Positions 29,467 through 39,114 of a stretch of DNA of 64,000 nt are shown piece by piece. Position numbers and translations under genes: made by a program. Each line of letters opens with the position of its first letter. The stretch's first letter is position 1. The stretch covers positions 768,001 through 832,000 of the forward strand of contig CAWBZI010000001.1 in the NCBI GenBank assembly GCA_963793265.1, in the 5' to 3' direction. Origin of the DNA: an uncultured cyanobacterium (GTDB lineage: Bacteria > Cyanobacteriota > Cyanobacteriia > Phormidesmidales > Phormidesmidaceae). Under the pieces are notes generated by a model, which saw only the letters and a list, made by a program, of their open reading frames with translations, searched no databases and was not told the DNA's origin.

Positions 29467-32400
29467 ATGATGAATAACAACAGTTTTGAATTCGCCTTAG
29501 AAGAAGCAACCCCTGTTTCTGAGCTTTCGCAGATTAGTGCTAACTCTCCTTTTGCAGATTCATTTGGCAACCATCTAGTTGTCATAGATTCGGCAGTTGA
29601 TCATATTGAACAGTTGACAGCCAGGTTAGAGCGATCGCGCATCCTCATTCTCAACAGCAGCCAAAACGGAATCTCACAGATCACAGACGCACTAGCCCAA
29701 TACACAGATTCCGCCCTCGATGGCCTACACATTATTTCTCACGCCGACACGGGTGTGCTCCAGCTCGGCAGCAACAGTCTCAACGCTGAAGGACTCTCTA
29801 AACACGCCGATGCCCTTACTGATTGGGGCAAAGCACTTTCTAGCAACGGCGACATTTTGCTATATGGCTGCAACCTGGCAGAAGGAGACACCGGAGAATA
29901 CTTCATCAGTCAGTTAAGCCAGCTTACAGGAGCCGATGTCGCCGCCTCAAACGACCTCACGGGCAGCAGCGGCGACTGGATTTTAGAAGCCAATACCGGA
30001 TCGATCGAAGCGCAGGTCATTTTAGATACCACCACTCAAAATAGCTATCAAGGTACGCTTGCTAGCTACAACGGCAAAGAATACGTACTTACGCGAAACA
30101 AAACCTGGGAGGCCGCACAGGCCGAGGCCCGAAGCTTAGGTGGTAACTTAGTCACCATTAATAATGCCGCTGAAGAGAACTGGATTAGGCAAACCTTTGG
30201 CAGAAACGAAGGCTTTTGGATCGGCCTTAGCGACAAAGATCAAGAAGGCACCTTCAAATGGGTCAATGGCGAAGCCCTCACCTACACCAACTGGGCACCC
30301 AACGAACCCAACGACTTTCAAGGCACTCAAGACTATGGCCGCATCAACTTCGGCAGCACCCGTCAGTGGGACGACGAGCACAGCTACACCGAGTTCAAAG
30401 GCATTGTCGAAATTGACTCACCCACTACGCCAACCCCTAACCCACCGCCGGTTACGCCAACGCCAAATCCCGGCAACAATTCACCGACTTACAACGGCAG
30501 TCGCTACCAGCTCACCAGCGCTAAAACCTGGGAAGAAGCACAGTCTGAGGCTCGCAGCTTAGGCGGTAACTTAGTCACTATCAACAATGCCGCTGAAGAG
30601 AACTGGATTAAACAAACCTTCGGCAACAGCGAAGGCTTCTGGATGGGCCTTAGCGACAAGAACCAAGAAGGCACCTTTAAGTGGGCCAGCGGCGAAGCCC
30701 TCACCTACACCAACTGGGCACCCGGCGAGCCCAATGACTTCGGCGGTGGACAAGACTATGGTCGTATAAACTTCAGCAATAGCCGCCAGTGGGATGACGA
30801 ATATGCATTCACAAAGCTACGCGGCATTATCGAAATCAAGCTAGGCACACCAAATCCACCGACGCCCACACCACCGACACCCACGCCACCGACAAACAAT
30901 TCGCCTACCTACAACGGCAGCCGCTACCAGCTCACCAGCGCTAAAACCTGGGAAGAAGCTCAAGCTGAGGCCCGCAGTCTAGGCGGCAACCTCGTCACCA
31001 TCAACAACGTGGCTGAAGAGAACTGGATCAAACAAACCTTTGGCAACAACAAAGGCTTTTGGATGGGCCTTACCGACAAAAACCAAGAAGGCACCTTCCA
31101 ATGGGCCAGCGGCGAAGCGCTCACCTACACCAACTGGGCACCCGGCGAACCCAATGACTTCGGCGGGAGGCAAGACTATGGCCGCATCAACTTCGGCAGC
31201 AACCGGCAGTGGGACGACGAATACGCCTTTAGCAAATACCAGGGCATTGTTGAAATCAAGCTAGGCACCACGCCAAATCCGCCAGTACCGCCGACACCGC
31301 CAACACCACCGACCAACAATCTACCCACTTACAACGGTAGCCGCTACCAGCTCACCAGCGCCAAAACTTGGGAAGCAGCTCAGTCTGAAGCCCGCAGATT
31401 AGGTGGCAACTTAGTCACTATCAACAACGCCGCTGAAGAGAACTGGATTAAGCAAACCTTCGGCAACAGCGAAGGCTTCTGGATGGGCCTTACTGACAAA
31501 AGCCAAGAAGGCACCTTTAAGTGGGCCAGCGGCGAAGCCCTCACCTACACTAACTGGGCACCCGGCGAACCCAATGACTTCGGCGGCGGGCAAGACTATG
31601 GCCGTATAAACTTCAGTAACAGCCGTCAGTGGGACGACGAATATGCATTCACAAAGCTACGCGGCATTATCGAAATTGGCAGCAATGCGCCGACGACCCC
31701 ACCCGTCACACCACCTGTTACGACACCAACTACCCCGCCCGTCACACCACCCACAAATCCACCGACGACCCCACCTGACTACAGCAACGTCTTTACGCGC
31801 ATCGTGCCAGTAGACTACAGCGGCTACAACACGGATGCTGTTGAGCTAGACGACTGGAGCAACGTATCGCTTGTATCGGCTCTGGGCAATGCAGCTAAGG
31901 GCGTAGGCGCGCAGACCTTACGGCTTCCGGGCGGCGACGGCGGTAACTATTGGGACTGGGATCTGGGCAGCATTATTCAAGAGCGTCAGCCGTTCACGCA
32001 GCCCTTTAACCTCATTCAAGATCTGCCGCTCAGCCTCCACTATCAATACAACAAACAGGCCACTCTCAACAACGTCAAACCTCTGATCACAAATTCAGGC
32101 GCAGAGCCTATTTGGGTTGTTAATATGAACACGTCTAGTCTCGACAAAGAGATTCGGCATTTAATCGAAGCACAAAACATTGGCCTTAACGTCAATCGCA
32201 TAGAACTCGGCAACGAGCTATTCTTTGGCCTACCAAACTACACCCGCGCAGGAAACTCTCTCGAAACCGCCGCCGCCTACGCAGCAAAAGCCAAAGCCTG
32301 GGCTTTAGCCATTAAGTCTACGCCTCAGCTTGCCAATGCAACCGTAGCGGTTACTGGCATCGTGGCGTCTTCTATCCTCGACCAGCGCGGCCAAGAATGG

Positions 32401-33201
32401 TGGCCTGCGCTCACCCGGAAAACAGGTTCAGACAATCGCAGCGCCGTAGATGTTGTAGATGCCTTCACCATTCATCCTTACTACTCCACTAACGATCTCA
32501 ATATTCGCAAAAGCGACGTGGGTAACCGGGGGCGCGCGGGTCAAATTGCGAGAGATGGGATTGATCGTTTGAGAGGCATTTTAGCGGGGCCAGAGCTAGA
32601 CCAGGCGGCGCTGCAAAACAAACAGCTATGGGTGACTGAACATAACGTGATAGAAGATAGCACAGTGGTGCTGGGCAATAGCTGGGTTCATGCGCTGATG
32701 ATGGACTTGCACACGCATGAGTTTTTGAGAGATGAGCGGACGACAGTTTCTGTCGCGCATGTGCTGACAGGAAACCCACAGTGGCAGGCTTTGACAAATG
32801 AAGACGGCAGTCAAATTGATGGGAGTCAGCGCGGACGGGCCGATCGGCCTTTTGTGTCTAGAGGGAATGAGCAGTTTCAACAAACTGCGATTGGGTTAGT
32901 GCTGGGTGAAACGGCTGAAGTGTTTGATTCGGGAACTGCGGCGCTGTTGAAAAGTGCGCCTGCCTTTATCGCCTGGCGGGTGACGAATAGTGTGGATAAT
33001 ATCTCTGCGGTGAATGCGGATGATCGCAGTGAGACTTTGGTGCTGCCAGGGGGAAGGAATTGGGAGGTGCGGACTTATACGGGCGATCCGTGGAAGACGG
33101 TTAAGCGTGAAAGCGATTTGACGGTGACAACGCGAACGTTTGCAGGGGGCTCGACGCTGACGATTCCGGGGTTTAGTAAGGTTGTTGCAACCGCAAAATA
33201 G
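29467..33201 (+). CDS. DUF4347 + four C-type lectin domains + clan GH-A-like glycoside hydrolase
   Basis: LHIISH/DILLYGCNLA/GADVAAS (DUF4347); four TWEEAQ..GGNLVTIN..FWMGL..NWAPGEPND..WDD units; GH domain paralogous to the 27273 gene. Confidence 0.85.
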   Translation: MMNNNSFEFALEEATPVSELSQISANSPFADSFGNHLVVIDSAVDHIEQLTARLERSRILILNSSQNGISQITDALAQYTDSALDGLHIISHADTGVLQLGSNSLNAEGLSKHADALTDWGKALSSNGDILLYGCNLAEGDTGEYFISQLSQLTGADVAASNDLTGSSGDWILEANTGSIEAQVILDTTTQNSYQGTLASYNGKEYVLTRNKTWEAAQAEARSLGGNLVTINNAAEENWIRQTFGRNEGFWIGLSDKDQEGTFKWVNGEALTYTNWAPNEPNDFQGTQDYGRINFGSTRQWDDEHSYTEFKGIVEIDSPTTPTPNPPPVTPTPNPGNNSPTYNGSRYQLTSAKTWEEAQSEARSLGGNLVTINNAAEENWIKQTFGNSEGFWMGLSDKNQEGTFKWASGEALTYTNWAPGEPNDFGGGQDYGRINFSNSRQWDDEYAFTKLRGIIEIKLGTPNPPTPTPPTPTPPTNNSPTYNGSRYQLTSAKTWEEAQAEARSLGGNLVTINNVAEENWIKQTFGNNKGFWMGLTDKNQEGTFQWASGEALTYTNWAPGEPNDFGGRQDYGRINFGSNRQWDDEYAFSKYQGIVEIKLGTTPNPPVPPTPPTPPTNNLPTYNGSRYQLTSAKTWEAAQSEARRLGGNLVTINNAAEENWIKQTFGNSEGFWMGLTDKSQEGTFKWASGEALTYTNWAPGEPNDFGGGQDYGRINFSNSRQWDDEYAFTKLRGIIEIGSNAPTTPPVTPPVTTPTTPPVTPPTNPPTTPPDYSNVFTRIVPVDYSGYNTDAVELDDWSNVSLVSALGNAAKGVGAQTLRLPGGDGGNYWDWDLGSIIQERQPFTQPFNLIQDLPLSLHYQYNKQATLNNVKPLITNSGAEPIWVVNMNTSSLDKEIRHLIEAQNIGLNVNRIELGNELFFGLPNYTRAGNSLETAAAYAAKAKAWALAIKSTPQLANATVAVTGIVASSILDQRGQEWWPALTRKTGSDNRSAVDVVDAFTIHPYYSTNDLNIRKSDVGNRGRAGQIARDGIDRLRGILAGPELDQAALQNKQLWVTEHNVIEDSTVVLGNSWVHALMMDLHTHEFLRDERTTVSVAHVLTGNPQWQALTNEDGSQIDGSQRGRADRPFVSRGNEQFQQTAIGLVLGETAEVFDSGTAALLKSAPAFIAWRVTNSVDNISAVNADDRSETLVLPGGRNWEVRTYTGDPWKTVKRESDLTVTTRTFAGGSTLTIPGFSKVVATAK
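30067..31680 (+). repeat. Four tandem C-type lectin-coding repeats (period about 420 bp)
   Basis: TACAACGG starts at 30067, 30490, 30910 and 31330; separated by Pro/Thr linkers. Confidence 0.9.
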
Positions 33202-34336
33202 GCGATCGCACACTCGATCTGTTTGAGCTGTTCGAGCTGTTGGGTAGCGGTGGCACTAATACAGTGGGCTGCTCCCCGACGAACTGTTTTTCAACGAATG
33301 GTGAAGTCATCGCAGAGAGCAAGCCGCCGTAATTTAAGCCAAAGGTTACCTCATCACCGATTTTCAAATGGTGATTTTCACTATCGAGGATAATATGGTC
33401 GCTGCTAGAGCCCAGTATCTTTAAAGGGTGGGTAGATTTTAGTCCGGCGGTCAGAACATCTTGCCGACCTAAGGCGATGATAGACCGCTGGCGAATGCCG
33501 CGATCGCGAAACTTAGGAATATCACCAAACGCATCCTGACAAATTTCGCCATAGGGCAGTGAGGGCTTGTTCTTTGATTCAATAACTTCAGCAACCAGTT
33601 GAAAGGTGTGGGTGTGCAGCCCCGGAATGGCCTCTCGGTGAATGGTTTCGCAGCCTAATAGCAGCGATTCACCAATGCGGAGGTTGTTAACTTTGCCAGC
33701 GCTGTGATGAGAATTAAACCATTCATAGTTAGACGAGTTTCCACCTGAGACAACCTCTAATGTGATATCAAACTCACTCTCAACGGCTTCAACCAGTTCA
33801 GAGAGCGTTCGCATGTTTCTACCATCCGGCTTCACACCGCCATAGCAGGCCAGGTTACAGCCAATTCCTTTAATATGAATATTTGGCAGAGAAAGCGCTT
33901 CTTTAAAGAAGGGAATAAGATCGCAGGGCATGACGCCCTCGCGCAGATCGCCTAGCTCCACCATGACAATGACTGAGTGAATTTTGCCGTGTGCTCTAGC
34001 GTAATGAGAAAGGGCTTCTATTGTTTTAAGCTCGGTATTGAGACTAATATCTACACTTTCAACAACAGCTTCCGCCTGGCTTAGCGCAGTGCGTAACAGT
34101 ACGAGCTGAGCGGGTATTTTGGCCCTTCTTATTTTCTGAAGGTTTTCTATGCGAGAGTCGGCAATAAACTCAACGCCGCCTTGAACCATGGCTTGCGCGA
34201 TCGCAGGCTCCCCTAATACCGCTTTAGAAACCCCCATCAAAGACAAACCTTTTTGCCCATATAAATCGCACAGCAGCCGAGTGTTTTCTTGAATTCGAGA
34301 CAGTGAAATCTCTATTCTTGGGAGTAGCAGCTTCAT
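33173..34336 (-). CDS. PLP-dependent fold-type III racemase (alanine/ornithine racemase-like, YhfX/Orr type)
   Basis: GVSKAV (PLP Lys), ADSRIEN, ELGDLREG, SGGNSS, LRIGES and SSDH. Confidence 0.88.
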   Translation of the reverse strand: MKLLLPRIEISLSRIQENTRLLCDLYGQKGLSLMGVSKAVLGEPAIAQAMVQGGVEFIADSRIENLQKIRRAKIPAQLVLLRTALSQAEAVVESVDISLNTELKTIEALSHYARAHGKIHSVIVMVELGDLREGVMPCDLIPFFKEALSLPNIHIKGIGCNLACYGGVKPDGRNMRTLSELVEAVESEFDITLEVVSGGNSSNYEWFNSHHSAGKVNNLRIGESLLLGCETIHREAIPGLHTHTFQLVAEVIESKNKPSLPYGEICQDAFGDIPKFRDRGIRQRSIIALGRQDVLTAGLKSTHPLKILGSSSDHIILDSENHHLKIGDEVTFGLNYGGLLSAMTSPFVEKQFVGEQPTVLVPPLPNSSNSSNRSSVRSPILRLQQPY

Positions 34337-34446
34337 TTTAATTGTTTAGACCAACAAGGGTCTGAGGAGTTGCTGATATTGATAAAACAACATCAAGCAG
34401 GTAGTTCTAACAAGTCTCTATTGAGTGACTTTCGATGTAATGACTT

Positions 34447-35550
34447 TCAGAAGATCCGGCCTAGCTTCTGCTTTAGTGCAGGGAAATGGTCAGCTAGCGC
34501 CTGAACCAGTTTTTGACAGCCGTCGAGTAGCACATCTGTTGTAGGCAGCCGGTACTGCTTTTCATGATGCGCAATCACAGTAGGCACTTCGCCCAGTTCA
34601 AGATCTTCATGGCTGAGGGCGATCGCTAGCACCTTAGCCGGAGAAATCGCCTCAATCAGCTCAATCTCTTTGGCTACTGTGGGCATCGGCAGTTGAGGAA
34701 AATCACAGCGAAACGTCCTCGCCGGGGGATGCTGAAGAATCACACCATCCGGCAAGCTGCCTTTCAAAATGCCGAGAGAACTCATAAAGGCCGGGTGGCT
34801 CACCGCGCTTTGGCCCTCCACTAAAATAACGTCAGGCCGCTCGTTCTCAAACGCCTGAACCACAGCATTCTCTATTTCACCAATCACGAATTGAGACACC
34901 AGCGCGTCCATACAAACGCCGTACTGTGCGCCCTGCATCAGGGCCGTTTGCCCGGTTGCCACCAGTAAAGACTTTACGCCCTGCGCATTCAAAGCCTTGT
35001 TCAGCTCTATTGCAGTAGTCATTTTTCCACAGGCGCAATCCGTGCCCAGCAGCGCAATCACAGGCACCGTCACACGGGCAATCCGCCCGTCAAAAACGTG
35101 CAAATCCTCTAGCTTCGGCGGCTTTCTAATATCTTTTATTTGAACGCTACTGCGAGCGGCCACCTCAGCAAACTCAGGATCTTCAGAGAAAAACTGATGG
35201 AGGCCGTTGATAATATCCATCCCCTTTTCCATCGCCGCTATGATCAGAAGCCTTTCAGCAGCAGGAATCTGAGCATCTAGGGGCGCTTTGCCGTAGATAT
35301 AGCAGTCAGGCGTTTTATCAAGGTGACTTAAGGCCGCTTCTAGACTGGCAAAAATAGGAATATTGCAGGGTTGCTCGCCCAAGGCTTCTCCGGCATCTTG
35401 CCCGGCCCTGGTGCTATCGAGCACGCCGACTATCCGGTAGTGCTCGGAGTGCCTGACGAGGCCGACAGCCGTTTTACCATCGGCTAGTCCAAACTGCTTT
35501 TCACAATAGATAAGCGCCGTCTGCTGAGCTATTTTTTTCGCGATCGCCAT
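34447..35550 (-). CDS. DUF1611 family protein (DgcN-like)
   Basis: GKTAVGL, NGLH, GTDCACGKMTT P-loop, ATGQT and VEGQ. Confidence 0.9.
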   Translation of the reverse strand: MAIAKKIAQQTALIYCEKQFGLADGKTAVGLVRHSEHYRIVGVLDSTRAGQDAGEALGEQPCNIPIFASLEAALSHLDKTPDCYIYGKAPLDAQIPAAERLLIIAAMEKGMDIINGLHQFFSEDPEFAEVAARSSVQIKDIRKPPKLEDLHVFDGRIARVTVPVIALLGTDCACGKMTTAIELNKALNAQGVKSLLVATGQTALMQGAQYGVCMDALVSQFVIGEIENAVVQAFENERPDVILVEGQSAVSHPAFMSSLGILKGSLPDGVILQHPPARTFRCDFPQLPMPTVAKEIELIEAISPAKVLAIALSHEDLELGEVPTVIAHHEKQYRLPTTDVLLDGCQKLVQALADHFPALKQKLGRIF

Positions 35551-35670
35551 TCAATCCCTTCTCAATACTGCAATGCTTACTTAGAAAAAACACATAAGCA
35601 CAGTACAGGGTTGGTAGCGAAAATCTCAGACCTTAATTGAGTCGCAAGCGCATACTTATATCAGCTAATA

Positions 35671-35684
35671 GTAGCGTACATTAC
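35671..35684. promoter_or_regulatory. Possible NtcA-binding site upstream of the DUF1611-racemase operon
   Basis: GTAgcgtacatTAC matches GTA-N8-TAC, about 120 bp upstream of the DUF1611 start. Confidence 0.35.
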
Positions 35685-35711
35685 CATTTTGAGCATCGCT
35701 TATCAAAGGAA

Positions 35712-35783
35712 AGGACACTGCATTCAATGCGCGAGCAGACGATTGGGTAACGTCATCCTCACGAGCGTAGAAAGCAGTGTCCT
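35712..35783 (-). terminator. Long imperfect hairpin downstream of thiC
   Basis: AGGACACTGC...GCAGTGTCCT outer arms with further inner pairing. Confidence 0.55.
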
Positions 35784-35802
35784 ATTGTTCAACAACCTAG
35801 AT

Positions 35803-37278
<1,476 letters not shown>

Positions 37279-37282
37279 TTAT

Positions 37283-38740
37283 TTAGTTTGAAGGAGTTTG
37301 AGCGATCGCCTCAGAGGGCTTTGCACTCTTTAAATCGCTATAGCTAAAGGGATTTTTATGGCCGCCTCTCGCATTGAAAATAAAGGTGAGAACGAGGGAG
37401 GTAACCAGGGCGGCTGCAAAACTGTTGAGTAAATCTCCGCCGCCTGGAATATTAAACAAAGGAGAAAAGTCGGGCTTGGGGAAAAACAAAATGCCGGTGA
37501 TAATGCCAGCTAGGGAGCTGAACGAAGGCATTTTTTGCGGTTTGGTAGCGGTTGTAAAGGCTAAAAACGATTGGGAAGATCATTGCCGCACAGAGTAAGT
37601 CGGCAATGAAGAAGAGATAGAGGACGCTGTAGCCTTGAGCGGCGATCGCAACTGCCGGTATACCCACAGCCACGGTCAACAGCCGAGAAATTAACAGCAC
37701 CTGCTCCGGCTGATGCGTCATCTTCAACAAATCAGCCGTAAACACAGAGGCAATCCCATTCAACAATGTGTCTAAGCTGCTCATTACTAGCGCTAAGGCC
37801 AATAACACCACAGCCCATACTAGCCAAACTGGAATCGCCAGGGTTTGCAGCAGTTCAAAGAAAGCGGTCGGCCCGCTCAGGTTTACGCCCGCCGCCATAA
37901 TCCCCAGCAGACCAGCGATGAAGATTAAGGGCAAAATGACCAGTGACGACCCTAAAAAAGACCGTCGCACCGTCGCATCATCACGGCAGGCGTACACCCG
38001 CTGCCAGTTGCCCTGGTTGAACAACTCAGCCGAGACAACCGCAAGGATTAAGCTTCCGCCAAACCGAAGGCCACCGATATTGTTGAAAGAGAGCAGATCC
38101 GGTAGGTTTGCGGTGACCGGCTCGAAGGCTGCGCTGAAGCCGCCCATGGTAAGCGCGATCGCACCAAAGCAAACCAACAGCAGCGGCACAATCAGCACAA
38201 ACTGCACCGCGTCAGTCAAAATCGTCGCCTTCAGCCCGCCATAGGCCGTGTATAAGAACACGATTGTGATCACTGCTAGCGATGTCCAGAGCAGCGGCAC
38301 GTTGATTACAAGCTGTAGCGCCTGTGCGATCGCCGTCAGTTCAGCCGCCAAATACACAAACATATACAGCAGCATCACCGCCACCGTTAGCCCATACATC
38401 GGCCTGGCAAAAGGGCCGTAGCCAAAGCGATGGCTCACGTACTCATTGAGCGATCGCCCCCAGGGCATAATCTGCCGTAGCCTCGGGCCGACAAACACGA
38501 ACAAAAAAATCGCGCCTGCCGATCCTAAGCAATAGCCCAAAATTGCAGTGATACCACCAAACGCCGAACCGGCCTCGGGCGGGCCAAACAAAATCCAAGC
38601 GCCCAGCGCCGAAGCAGTCACCGTTGCTAGAGCCACACCGCCGCCAATTTGATTGCGGCTCACCGTATAGTCGTCAAGGCGGCTGCGCTCTACAGAACCA
38701 GACCCTACATAGAGCCGATCTACGCCATTTTGACGGGCAT
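37283..38740 (-). pseudogene. Sodium:solute symporter (ThiV-like thiamine-precursor transporter), disrupted or mis-sequenced
   Basis: SSS motifs (YTAYGGLKATILTD, NQGNWQRVYA, MSSLDTLL); frame change near 37522; first ATG after the riboswitch (38740) gives MPVKMA-stop and TM1 appears to be missing. Confidence 0.7.
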
Positions 38741-38753
38741 TGTTTGATTTCAA

Positions 38754-38863
38754 GCTTTCCTCCGCTGGCATTATCCAGACTCAGGTTCAAGGGTATGTTC
38801 TCAGCCTTACGCTCTCGTAGAATCCTTATTCAGAACTCCTAACGAGTGCAAGACACCCCTAGC
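38754..38863 (-). ncRNA. TPP (thi-box) riboswitch
   Basis: Minus strand reads GCTAGGGGTGTC...GGCTGAGAACATACCCTTGAACCTGAGTCTGGATAATGCCAGCGGAGGAAAGC; upstream of the symporter and thiC. Confidence 0.95.
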
Positions 38864-39114
38864 GGTTATTTATTTGATAGACGAATAATATCATCCTCTT
38901 CCGTAAAACTACGCCCGCCGTTCATATTTCTGCAACGCTTTGAGACGTATCGCATCATTCTTATAGAAGCCGTTACGACAAGGTGATTATTTTTACATTG
39001 GTTCTCACTTCAAGAAAAAGCCTAAAAAGGTAGCAAAATTTTCGTTTTTCCGCTTCAATCTAAGCTCATTCGTCACTTGAGAAATAGGCTATTCCTATTT
39101 TCAACCCACTAGGT

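Noticed and set aside
35640..35651. AGTCGCAAGCGC shared with 63630-63641
   Set aside because: 12-mer matches are expected by chance in 64 kb
38741..38771. ATG at 38771 as the start of the symporter (ORF track)
   Set aside because: It lies inside the TPP aptamer, and the encoded N-terminus is not transporter-like
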